From an uncultured Acidimicrobiaceae bacterium (lineage in GTDB: Bacteria; Actinomycetota; Acidimicrobiia; Acidimicrobiales; Bog-793), in the NCBI GenBank assembly GCA_963803025.1, contig CAWDKZ010000011.1:16225-80224 (forward strand): DNA of 64,000 bases. Reading direction: 5' to 3'. Every line of letters starts with the position of its first letter. Within the stretch, counting starts at the first letter, position 1. Shown in pieces: positions 17,147 through 26,740 of the stretch. Position numbers and translations under genes: made by a program. The notes under the pieces were generated by a model that was not told the DNA's origin, did not search any database, and saw nothing but the letters and a program-made list of their open reading frames with translations.

Positions 17147-17258
17147 CCGCGCCCGTCACATGGCGGAGGACCGCTCGCCGGACGGTGCGGGTCAGGACGT
17201 CGGACAGGAGAGTTCCTGACCGCGCTCCTGCGCCCGCCGATCCTTCTAACCTCGAGAC

Positions 17259-17921
17259 GTGCAGCTCTTCTCGTCGCACAAGCAGGAGATGGTTGCTCCC
17301 GGCAGCGCCCTTCCGGGTCGCAGCACGCCGATTCTCCGGCCAGGGCTGCACGTCGTCCTGCACACGCCGATCGGAGGTCCGTTCCCGGAGGGGACGGAGC
17401 GGGCTGTGTTCGGGCTCGGCTGCTTCTGGGGAGCCGAACGGATCTTCTGGCAGTCCGAAGGGGTGTTCACGACGGCGGTCGGCTACGCGGGCGGGTTCAC
17501 GCCGAACCCGACCTACGAGGAGGTCTGCTCGGGCAGGACCGGCCATGCCGAGGTCGTCCTCGTCGTGTTCGACCCGGCTCGCACGACCTACGCGGTGCTG
17601 CTGCAGCGCTTCTTTGAGGGCCACGACCCGACCCAACGCATGCGCCAGGGGAACGACGTGGGTACCCAGTACCGCTCGGCGATCTACACCTTCACGGTCG
17701 CCCAGCACGACGCCGCGGTCGCGACACGTGACCGTTACGCCGAGGCGCTCGCCGGGGCCGGGCTCGGCTCCCCGACGACGGAGATCGCCCCGGCGGGGCC
17801 CTTCTACTACGCCGAGGAGCACCACCAGCAGTACCTCGCGAAGAACCCGGGGGGTTACTGCGGCCTGGGAGGCACCGGCATCATGTGCCCGGTCGGTGTC
17901 CTCGGCGGCGGGCAATCCTGA
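17259..17921 (+). CDS. msrA: Peptide-methionine (S)-S-oxide reductase
   Basis: The protein aligns along its length with E. coli MsrA as I recall it, including [19 protein letters not shown] and [12 protein letters not shown]. Confidence 0.9.
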   Translation: MQLFSSHKQEMVAPGSALPGRSTPILRPGLHVVLHTPIGGPFPEGTERAVFGLGCFWGAERIFWQSEGVFTTAVGYAGGFTPNPTYEEVCSGRTGHAEVVLVVFDPARTTYAVLLQRFFEGHDPTQRMRQGNDVGTQYRSAIYTFTVAQHDAAVATRDRYAEALAGAGLGSPTTEIAPAGPFYYAEEHHQQYLAKNPGGYCGLGGTGIMCPVGVLGGGQS

Positions 17922-19486
17922 GGACCATGACGTCGGTTCATCCGGTGCCTGGAACGAGGCGCGACGTCTCGCGGTGTCCCCGGGCCGCGTCGCTTGCGGC
18001 ACCGTGAGCCGCCTGGCGCGCGACCGATGCCTGGGGGTCGACTCGTCATACGTGTCGGATCGGACCGGACTCATTTTCATTCTCCCCCTCGTGCGAGGCC
18101 CGCGGCGCTGCTCGAGGCGGGTGTGCCGCCCGCCACGACGGCGGTGGACACGCGTCACGGCGCGAGCGACGCCCTCGTGACGCGCAGCACGTCCCGGGAC
18201 GCGGACCTCTCGCCGACAAGGAGTGGGTGATCAACCGCCCGTCGCCGGGTCGTTGCGCCCGGCGCCGGCGCCGATTGACCGTGGCGCGGTCGCGAAGAGC
18301 ACGAGCCCGTCCCGGCGGCGCGCGCTACGTGGCTTCGTGTCGCGCGCTCGTGGTGATGCGAAGCGCGTCCCTAGCCCCTCAATCCGGGGCGCGTCGGGTC
18401 ATTGCTGATGGTCGTCGGTGCCGGCGCCCGTGCCGGTGGCGTTGCGCCTTGCGGCCGTGATCGCCAACTGGTGGAACACCTTCGGCCTGATTTGGCACCT
18501 TGTGCGCGCCAGCACGATCCTTCACGACGGGTCCGGACGAGCCGGACGAGAACCCGCGCGTAGCAAACGGGCGGTTGTGATCGGGCCGGACACCTCGTGA
18601 CGTTTCGGGCCAGGGCGGAGCCGAGGTGACCCGCCTGCGCGCCCCGGGTGCGATCTGTTCGATATCGCCGTCGTGCCACGGGTGCCGGCGCCCGCGTCCC
18701 CCGAGCCGGGACGCGGGCGGCGCCGACGGGTCATCCGGGGGTCCCAAGCTGGCGCCGTCGCTGCAGAACGGTCGCGGTCCAAGTCTTGCGGTTTCGTGAA
18801 CGAGTAGCGGTCTCAGGTGCACGCCCGGCGGACTCGGCGACCAAACACCCAGTTCAGCGGCGGTTGTCGACCGGACCTCGGTGAGCTTGCTTGTCACGCG
18901 GCATGTCAGTAACGTGACATCCCGAAGACTCCGTGAAACCAGGTGTCAATGATCTCAGAACTTCCCGTCGAGAGGGAGCGCGGCCGGTGTTCCCCGCTGC
19001 CGCGGATCGCCGAATTTGGCGTCTCCGACCTCTCCGGGATGAGCGCTCGTCGAGCTAGCGCAGAGAAGACGCCTCGGGAAGAGATGACGCGTCGCCTCCG
19101 GCCAGCGAGGGAGGGGGCGTGTCTCGCCAGGGGGTGGTCCAGCCGCCCCGCAATGAACCATGACGGACGGCGAGCCATCGTCGCAACTTGCCGGGTTCGT
19201 TCCGCTGCGACCAGGACGCGCGTGAGCGCCGGCCTGGCGTATTGTCAACAGCCACAAGGAAGAAAAGAAAGGGGGTCGGCATAGGCGGCTTTGTCTGGCG
19301 AGCATTTCGCGTTTACGCTGGGCCGGTACGCGGGACCTTAAGGTCTCAGGCATTCCGGTCGAGCCGAGACGAGCTGCGAGAAGGTGCAAGTTGCAATGTC
19401 GACTGAAGCCTTCCGACAGCCAGTAGAAGTCAGCCAAGGAGGCTCCGGAAGTCGTAACGTGCAATCACCCATCAGCCAAAGGGGAC

Positions 19487-20602
19487 ATGAATATGGCGAA
19501 GTTTGAACCCCATGAGGTAGACCCAAAGCAATACGAGATTTCGAGGCGCCGGTTCCTGCGTAACGCAGGCGTGATGGCGGCGTCGGTTCCGTTCCTCGGC
19601 GGAATGGCCGAGATTCTGAGCGAACGGGGGGCAGCGGCCGCCACGTACCACGACGAGTCGAACCCACTGTTCGCGAAGCACCCGGCGTACAAGTTCACGT
19701 TCGTCAACCACGTGACGACGAACCCGTTCTTCACTGCCACCATCTATGGGACGCAGGACGCCGCGCGCATCCTCGGCATCCCGACGCCGCAGTGGACGGG
19801 ATCGCAGGTCTCGGCGGTTTCGGACATGGTCAACGCGATCGATGTCGCCATCGCTGGCAAGGTGAACGGCATCGCCACCACGCTCATCGACCCGACGGCG
19901 TTCAACAGCCCGGTCGACCGGGCCCTGAAGATCGGCATTCCGGTCATCGCGTACAACGCTGACGAGCCGGGGAACAACCGGATGTGCTACGTCGGACAGA
20001 GCAACCTCACGGCAGGTGCCGCGGCCGCGGCGAAGATCGTGGCCACCCTCAAGAAGGGTGACCTCATCGGAATGGTCATCGCGACCCCAGGCACCGGGAA
20101 CATCCAGCCACGGATCGACGGAGCCCTGCCGACCTTCCACAAGGCCGGGATGGTCACCGCGGTTGTTGCCGGTGGTGCGTTGGTTCCCGCCGAGATCACG
20201 GCCGTCCAGGCGTGGTGGGAAGGCCACAAGGACGTGAAGTACATGTACGCGGTCGACAACGGTGACTCAGAGGCCGTCGCCGACTGCATCACGAACAACA
20301 AGCTGTTCGGGATCACCCACGGCTCGGGATGGGACGTCAGCCTCCCGGTGCTCCAAGGCGTCAAGAGCGGCGCGCTGGACTTCTCGATCGACCAGCAGGC
20401 CTACCTGCAAGGTTTCGTACCGACTATCCAGATGTTCTTGTACAACATCTCGGCTGGTTTGATGAAGCCGTGCGACACCGACACCGGTCTTGGCTTCATA
20501 AACAAGGCGAACGTCGCGCCGTACCAGGCGCACGTCACGCGTTTTGAAGGAGCTGGCGCAGCGGCGACGGCGTACCCGCCGCCGAAGACGATCCTGTTCT
20601 GA
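19487..20602 (+). CDS. Sugar ABC transporter substrate-binding protein (type I PBP, ribose/xylose-like) with a Tat signal
   Basis: The twin-arginine leader is SRRRFLRNAGVMAASVPFLGG. It is the first gene of a binding-protein, permease, ATPase operon upstream of the xyl and ara genes. Confidence 0.8.
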   Translation: MNMAKFEPHEVDPKQYEISRRRFLRNAGVMAASVPFLGGMAEILSERGAAAATYHDESNPLFAKHPAYKFTFVNHVTTNPFFTATIYGTQDAARILGIPTPQWTGSQVSAVSDMVNAIDVAIAGKVNGIATTLIDPTAFNSPVDRALKIGIPVIAYNADEPGNNRMCYVGQSNLTAGAAAAAKIVATLKKGDLIGMVIATPGTGNIQPRIDGALPTFHKAGMVTAVVAGGALVPAEITAVQAWWEGHKDVKYMYAVDNGDSEAVADCITNNKLFGITHGSGWDVSLPVLQGVKSGALDFSIDQQAYLQGFVPTIQMFLYNISAGLMKPCDTDTGLGFINKANVAPYQAHVTRFEGAGAAATAYPPPKTILF

Positions 20603-20605
20603 TCG

Positions 20606-21634
20606 GTGCAGCCCCTGGCTCCTGAAGAGGAGGTGCGCGCCCCCGCTCCGCGTTTTGCGGAGCGGGGGCTCGTGCGCCGCGTCTCGGACGTGTTCTTCAT
20701 CCGACCGGAGTCGACGATCGTCGTCGTCTGCGTCGCGCTCATTGCCTACTTCTCGTGGCGCAACGCGGCGTTCTACTCCTACACGAACATCATCACGATG
20801 GCGCAGTACACCGCGCCGATCGCGGTCATCGGCGCGGGCGAGGTCCTGTTGCTCGACCTCGCCGAGATCGACCTGTCCGCGGGCCAGGTCTACCTGACGG
20901 CACCGTGGCTCGTCGTGCTCCTCGGACAGCACGGCGTGGCGCTCGGCTGGGGGATTGCCCTGGCGTTGCTCATCTCTTCCCTCATCGGCGCGTTCAGCGG
21001 GTCCATCGTGGTCTGGCTCAAGGTCCCGTCGTTCGTCGCGACGCTCGGCGTGAACTACGTGCTTGCGGGGTACGTCCTCGTCTTATCCAGCGACATCACC
21101 ACCGACATGAGGGGCACGACGGGGGAGTTTGGTGCTGTCATGGGCATCAGCAACTGGGCCGAGGGCCTGTGGGGATTGGGGATCGTCCTCGTCATCTGGG
21201 CGCTGCTCAAGGGGACGGTCTTCGGCCTGCACACCACGGCGACGGGCGGCAACGAGCTCGGCGCGGCCGAAGCCGGCGTGCGAACCCGGCAGGTCAAAAT
21301 TTGGTGTTTCGTCATCATCGCCTTCATCTCCGCCTTGATCGGGATCATCGACTCGATCCGAATCGGCAGCCTTGACCCTGCGGCTCCGGGATTGAACGAG
21401 ATGCTGGCGGGCGTCACGGCTGCGGTCATCGGTGGAACAGCTCTCACCGGAGGCAAGGCCACGGTCGTCGGGACCTTGATCGGAGCAGTTGTGCTCGGTG
21501 TGCTCGAGGACGGATTCAACCTCATCGGCATCAGTGCGAACTGGTTCATCCTCGTGGAAGGTGCCGTGATCCTCCTCGCGATGGCGGTGAACGTCCAGCT
21601 CGGACGGGTGACGGCGAAGACGATGCGACGATGA
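20606..21634 (+). CDS. Sugar ABC transporter permease (RbsC/XylH-type, BPD_transp_2)
   Basis: The profile is polytopic and hydrophobic, and a GGNELGAAEAGV motif is present. The GTG start lies 4 nt after the binding-protein stop, and the stop overlaps the ATPase ATG (ATGA at 21631-21634). Confidence 0.8.
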   Translation: MQPLAPEEEVRAPAPRFAERGLVRRVSDVFFIRPESTIVVVCVALIAYFSWRNAAFYSYTNIITMAQYTAPIAVIGAGEVLLLDLAEIDLSAGQVYLTAPWLVVLLGQHGVALGWGIALALLISSLIGAFSGSIVVWLKVPSFVATLGVNYVLAGYVLVLSSDITTDMRGTTGEFGAVMGISNWAEGLWGLGIVLVIWALLKGTVFGLHTTATGGNELGAAEAGVRTRQVKIWCFVIIAFISALIGIIDSIRIGSLDPAAPGLNEMLAGVTAAVIGGTALTGGKATVVGTLIGAVVLGVLEDGFNLIGISANWFILVEGAVILLAMAVNVQLGRVTAKTMRR

Positions 21635-22563
21635 GCGATGATGAGATGAACGAGATGAACGAGATGAACGAGATGAACGAGACGCAGCTTGTCGATACCT
21701 CCGGTCCCGGTGACCGTCTCGAGCGAGATGTCCCGCGGCGCGGTGAAGATGCGGAGGTCGGGGACCACGAGCGCGCCATCGAGAGCCAGGACATCATCCT
21801 TCGTACAGAAGGGATCACGAAGAGCTTTGGCGCCCTCATCGTCCTCAGGGGCATTGACATCTACTTGAAGCGCGGCGAGGTGCTCGGCCTCGTGGGTGAC
21901 AACGGCAGCGGCAAGAGCACGTTCGTGAAGATCCTTTGCGGTTTCCACAGGCAGGACGAGGGGAGGATCTTCGTCGAGGGGCAAGAGGTGGCCTTCCACT
22001 CGGTGAAGGACGCGCGCCGACACGGCATCGAGACCGTCTACCAGGACCTGGCACTCGTTCCCGCGCTTACCGTCTACCAGAACCTGTTCCTCAATCGCGA
22101 GATAACCCGTTTCGGGCATCTTCGATGGCTGTCGAACAAGAAGATGCGCCAGATGGCCCGCCAGTACCTCGACGACATCAACGTCCAGGTCTCGAGCGTG
22201 GACGCGCTCATCGAAAGCATGTCCGGCGGCCAGCGACAAGCCGTCGCGCTGGCGAGAGCGACGCACCAGGAGTCGAAGATCCTCCTCCTCGACGAGCCGC
22301 TCGCGGCAATGGGCGCGAAGGAGTCCGCGCTCGTCATCGACCTCGTCAAGGACCTCTCGCACAATCGCGGTGTTTCGATGCTCATCATCGACCACAACTA
22401 CCAGCACTTGTTCGAACTGTGCGACCGGCTGAACGTGCTGCAGGAAGGGCACATCACCCTCGACCTGCGCGTCGAGGACACGACGATGGAGGACGTGACC
22501 GCGCTCATGGTCGCGGAGTACCGGCGCCGCATCACGCTGGGCGAGGAGGAGCTGCGGGTTTGA
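21631..22563 (+). CDS. Sugar ABC transporter ATP-binding protein, single NBD, with an acidic repeat-containing N-terminal extension
   Basis: It has Walker A GDNGSGKST, signature MSGGQRQ and Walker B ILLLDEP. No alternative in-frame start was seen between the ATG at 21631 and the conserved ILRTEGITKSFG. Confidence 0.85.
   Translation: MSDDEMNEMNEMNEMNETQLVDTSGPGDRLERDVPRRGEDAEVGDHERAIESQDIILRTEGITKSFGALIVLRGIDIYLKRGEVLGLVGDNGSGKSTFVKILCGFHRQDEGRIFVEGQEVAFHSVKDARRHGIETVYQDLALVPALTVYQNLFLNREITRFGHLRWLSNKKMRQMARQYLDDINVQVSSVDALIESMSGGQRQAVALARATHQESKILLLDEPLAAMGAKESALVIDLVKDLSHNRGVSMLIIDHNYQHLFELCDRLNVLQEGHITLDLRVEDTTMEDVTALMVAEYRRRITLGEEELRV
21643..21678 (+). repeat. Perfect 9-bp tandem repeat (GAGATGAAC) x4, in frame, encoding (EMN)4
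   Basis: Read directly from the sequence as four exact copies, followed by a partial GAGA. It lies in codons 5-16 of the ABC ATPase. Confidence 0.95.
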
Positions 22564-22660
22564 CGCAGCCGAGACCGGGCGTTCAGGACGACGGTCGTCG
22601 CGTCACCGGTCGATACTCTTGCTAGAGGGGATCCTCTCGGACGGCTGAGGAGGCACCGAC

Positions 22661-23710
22661 ATGGAGTACCGCCAGCTTGGCTACACGGGGCTGCGGGTTT
22701 CCGCCCTCGCCCTCGGCACGATGACCTTCGGCGGCCGGGGCAAGTTCGCGCTCGTCGGCGAGACCGAAATCGACGAGGCCCGGCGCATCGTCGAGCGGGC
22801 GCTCGCCGCCGGGGTCAACTTCATCGACACGGCGGACGTCTACTCGGACGGACGGTCCGAGGAGATCGTCGGCGAGGTGCTGAAGGGCCGGCGCGACGAG
22901 GTCGTGCTCGCGACGAAGGCGCGCTTCGCCATGGGGAGCGGCGAGAACGACGCCGGGTTGTCCCGCCGGTACCTCCTGCGGGCGTGCGAGGCGAGCCTGC
23001 GCCGCCTGGGAACCGACTACATCGACCTGTACCAGGTGCACCAGCGGGACGGCCTGACCCCGGTGGAGGAGACGCTCGACGCGCTCGACACCCTCGTTCA
23101 TCAGGGCAAGGTGCGCTACGTCGGCTGCTCGAACCATTCGGCGTGGCACCTCATGCTGGCGCTCGCCGTTTCCGAGCGCCGCGGACTGCAGCGCTACGTC
23201 ACCCACCAGATCTACTACTCGCTCCTCGACCGGGATGCCGAGTACGAGCTCGTCCCCCTCGCGATCGATCAGCAGCTCGGGATCCTCGTCTGGAGCCCGC
23301 TCGCCGGCGGCCTCCTCTCGGGCAAGTACCGGCGGAACGTGGAGCCGCCGGCGGGCTCGCGCCAGACGACGCCCTGGGGCGAGCCACCGGTCTACGACCG
23401 GGAGCGGATGTACGACATCGTCGAAGCCCTCGTCGAGGTGGCCGCGGCGCGCGGCGCTTCCCCGGCGCAGACTGCGCTCGCCTGGCTGCTCGGCCGTCCG
23501 GCGGTCACGTCGCTGATCATCGGCGCGCGCACCATGGAGCAGCTCGTCGACAATCTCGCTTCGGTCGAGCATCCGCTCGACGACGCGGCGCGGGCCCGGC
23601 TCGACGCGGTCAGCGCGCCGAGGCTGATCTACCCGTACTGGCATCAGGCCAGCACCGCCCCGGAGCGTCTCAGCGCCGCCGACGAGTCGCTGCTGCGCCC
23701 GTATCACTGA
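22661..23710 (+). CDS. Aldo/keto reductase
   Basis: MEYRQLGYTGLRVSALALGTMTFGG, NFIDTADVYSDGRSEEIVG and GKVRYVGCSN make up the typical AKR pattern. A GGAGG RBS lies upstream. Confidence 0.85.
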   Translation: MEYRQLGYTGLRVSALALGTMTFGGRGKFALVGETEIDEARRIVERALAAGVNFIDTADVYSDGRSEEIVGEVLKGRRDEVVLATKARFAMGSGENDAGLSRRYLLRACEASLRRLGTDYIDLYQVHQRDGLTPVEETLDALDTLVHQGKVRYVGCSNHSAWHLMLALAVSERRGLQRYVTHQIYYSLLDRDAEYELVPLAIDQQLGILVWSPLAGGLLSGKYRRNVEPPAGSRQTTPWGEPPVYDRERMYDIVEALVEVAAARGASPAQTALAWLLGRPAVTSLIIGARTMEQLVDNLASVEHPLDDAARARLDAVSAPRLIYPYWHQASTAPERLSAADESLLRPYH

Positions 23711-23850
23711 GGGGCCCGGACACACGGCACCGGGCGCGGGAACCGAGATGAGTCACCGCTAGTCAGAGACGATGAGCGCCGTCGCCCATCGGTCCCAGGG
23801 GTTCCGACCGGGTCGTGGGATGGACGGGGCGAGTGAGGAGGAAGCGGTAG

Positions 23851-25034
23851 GTGGGCCAGCCGACGAAGGAAGACAAGTTCTCGTTCGGTTTGTGGACGGT
23901 CGGCTGGCGAGCAGGCGACACCTTCGGCGCAGCGACGCGTGCGCCCCTGGACCCCGTGGAGGCGGTCGAGCACCTCGCGGAACTCGGCGCGTACGGCGTC
24001 ACCTTCCACGACGACGACCTCATTCCCTTCGGGACCGACGAAGCCGAGCGCGAGCAGATCGTCGCACGCTTCCGGCGTGCCGTCGACGCGTGCGGTCTCG
24101 TCGTGCCGATGATGACGACGAACCTGTTCTCGCACCCGATGTTCAAAGAGGGCGCCTTCACCGCCAACGACCGTGGTGTCCGTCGCTACGCCCTGCGCAA
24201 GGTGATGCGCAACCTCGACCTCGCCGCGCAGCTCGGCGCGGCGATCTATGTGTTCTGGGGGGACGCGAGGGCGCGGAGACCGACGCCGCCAAGGACGTGC
24301 GGGCAGCGCTCGATCGCTACCGGGAAGGCATCGACTTCCTCGCCCAGTACGTCATCGACCAGGGTTATCCGATCCGGTTCGCGATCGAACCGAAGCCGAA
24401 CGAGCCGCGGGGCGACATCATCCTCCCCACGGTCGGCTCCGCGCTCGCGTTCATCTCGACGCTCGCGCACCACGAGATGGTCGGTGTCAATCCCGAGGTC
24501 GGCCACGAGCAGATGGCGGGACTGAACTACGTGCACAGCATCTCCCAGGTGCTGTGGCAGGGCAAGTTGTTCCACATCGACCTCAACGGCCAGCGGGGCG
24601 TCAAGTTCGACCAGGATCTCGTGTTCGGCCACGGGGATCTCGTCAGCGCCTTCTTCCTCGTCGACCTGCTCGAGAACGGCGCCCCGGGTGGCGGACCCAC
24701 CTACACCGGCCCGCGGCACTTCGACTTCAAACCGCAGCGCACCGAGGACATGGCGGGGGTTTGGGAAGCGGCCGCCTCGAACATGTCGACGTACCTCCTC
24801 TTGAAGGAGCGGGCCGGAGCGTTCCGCGAGGATGCGGAGGTGCGTGCCGCCCTGGCCGCGAGCCAGGTCGACGAGCTCTCCGTCCCGACCCTCGCCGCCG
24901 GGGAGGAAGCGGCGACGCTGCGCGGTGACCTCGACGCCTACGAGCGCTACGACGTCGCGGCGGCGGGCGCCCGGGGTTGCGGCTTCGCCCGTCTCGATCA
25001 ACTGGCGATCGAGCACCTCCTCGGCGCGCGCTGA
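23851..25034 (+). pseudogene. xylA: Class I xylose isomerase with a -1 frameshift in a G run (24257-24262)
   Basis: Frame 1 reads (M)[18 protein letters not shown]...[14 protein letters not shown]...AIYVFWG. Frame 0 continues [13 protein letters not shown]...[14 protein letters not shown]...[12 protein letters not shown]...HIDLNGQ...FDFKP...[13 protein letters not shown]. Together they are colinear with Streptomyces XylA as I recall it. The sequence has 6 G where WGGR (TGG GGG GGA CGC) needs 7. Confidence 0.9.
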
Positions 25035-25097
25035 TCGACGAGATCGGATGCGAACCGCCGACGCGACTCGCGTGCTCCTCGGGAGAGGAGCTGGGCG

Positions 25098-26543
25098 ATG
25101 ACGCTCGTCGCCGGCGTCGACTCGTCCACCCAGTCCTGCAAGGTCGTCGTGTGCGACGGGGCCACGGGCGCGGTCGTGCGGCAGGGGAGCGCGCCGCATC
25201 CGGAGGGAACCGAGATCGACCCGGCCTTCTGGCTGACGGCGCTCGACGAGGCGCTCCGTGCGGCCGGGGGCCTGGACGGCGTGGCCGCCATCGCCGTCGC
25301 GGCGCAGCAGCACGGGATGGTCTGCCTGGACGAGCACGGCACCGTGGTCCGACCGGCGCTGCTCTGGAACGACACCCGCTCGGCCGCCGCGGCCGTCGAG
25401 CTCGTCGACGAACTCGGCGGCCCGGAGAAGGGCGCGCGAGAGTGGGCCGCCGCCGTCGGCAGCGTCCCGACGGCCTCGTTCACCGTGACGAAGCTGCGCT
25501 GGCTCGCCGAGCACGAACCGGACCACGCGGCGCGGACGACCGCGGTGTGCCTTCCCCACGACTGGCTGACCTGGCGGCTCGGCGGTGGTCCGGGCGGTCG
25601 GCAGCCCGGCGCGATGGCCCTCGCGACGGACCGGGGTGACGCGAGCGGCACCGGCTACTTCTCCCCGGTGACGGGCACCTACCGCCTCGACCTGCTCGCG
25701 CGCGCCTTCGGACGGGTGGTCGAGCTGCCCCGGATCCACGCTCCCGCGCAGCCCGCGGGTGACACGCCAGACGGCCTGACGCTCGGATGCGGGACCGGGG
25801 ACAACGCCGCCGCGGCGCTCGGTGTCCTTGCCTCCTCGGGTGACGTTGTCGTGTCGATCGGGACCTCGGGAACGGTATTCGCGGTCTGCGACCACCCGGT
25901 GGCCGACCCGACTGGGACGATCGCCGGCTTCGCCGACGCGACCGGCCGCTTCCTCCCCCTCGTGTGCACGCTCAACGGGGCCCGCGTCTTCCGGGCGACC
26001 GCTCGCCTGCTCGGTGTCGGCCTGCGCGAGTTCTCCGCGCTCGCGCTCGCCGCGCCGGCGGGCGCGGACGGCCTCGTCGTCGTCCCGTACCTCGAGGGGG
26101 AGCGGACGCCGAACCGGCCGTTCGCCACGGGCGCGGTGCACGGCCTGCGTCTCAAGACCGCGACCCCGGCTCATCTCGCCCGCGCCGCGGTCGAGGGCGT
26201 GCTGTGCGGTCTCGCCGCCGGGCTCGACGCCCTGCTCGCCGAGGACGTCCGCGTCGAGCGCGTCATCCTCATCGGGGGGGCGAGTCGTTCGGAAGCCGTG
26301 CGGCGGATCGCCCCCGGGATCCTCGGGCGGCCCGTCGCCGTTCCGGTGGCGGCGCAGCACGTCGCGCTGGGCGCGGCGCGCCAGGCGGCCTGGGCGCTCA
26401 GCGGCGACGACCTTCCCCCCGCGTGGTCCCCCGGCAGGAGTGCGCTCTTCGAAGCGGAGCCGCTCGACTTCGTCCGGGCCCGCTACGCCGAAGTCTGCGA
26501 GATGACCGCGAACCTGCCCGGCAAAGGACCGGTAGCGGGATGA
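25098..26543 (+). CDS. xylB: Xylulokinase (FGGY family)
   Basis: The N-terminus [15 protein letters not shown] is xylulokinase-like and the FGGY C-terminal motifs GGASRS and GAARQAAW are present. It sits immediately downstream of xylA. Confidence 0.85.
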   Translation: MTLVAGVDSSTQSCKVVVCDGATGAVVRQGSAPHPEGTEIDPAFWLTALDEALRAAGGLDGVAAIAVAAQQHGMVCLDEHGTVVRPALLWNDTRSAAAAVELVDELGGPEKGAREWAAAVGSVPTASFTVTKLRWLAEHEPDHAARTTAVCLPHDWLTWRLGGGPGGRQPGAMALATDRGDASGTGYFSPVTGTYRLDLLARAFGRVVELPRIHAPAQPAGDTPDGLTLGCGTGDNAAAALGVLASSGDVVVSIGTSGTVFAVCDHPVADPTGTIAGFADATGRFLPLVCTLNGARVFRATARLLGVGLREFSALALAAPAGADGLVVVPYLEGERTPNRPFATGAVHGLRLKTATPAHLARAAVEGVLCGLAAGLDALLAEDVRVERVILIGGASRSEAVRRIAPGILGRPVAVPVAAQHVALGAARQAAWALSGDDLPPAWSPGRSALFEAEPLDFVRARYAEVCEMTANLPGKGPVAG

Positions 26544-26740
26544 GGCCCACTTCCGACGGCGTGCCCGTCGGCCCGGGCCGGGTGCGCCCGAAAGGGCGTG
26601 GATGGCTGGCGCTCCTCGGCCGGGAGCGCGGGACGACGGCGACGTGGCTGACAACGGAACCGGAGTCCCGGTGATGGAGGGTGGGAGATGTCTCTAGACA
26701 GGCGCGCCGCGTCCGAGCGGTCCGGCTCGGCAGGCGAGGC

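Noticed and set aside
17922-19486. A housekeeping RNA (RNase P RNA, tmRNA, SRP RNA) in the gene-less region.
   Set aside because: I looked for hallmark strings (GAGGAAAGTCCGG, a tmRNA tRNA-like 3' end with a TTCGA loop plus CCA, and the SRP GGAA/AGCA domain IV motif) and saw none. A novel or poorly conserved RNA cannot be excluded by eye.
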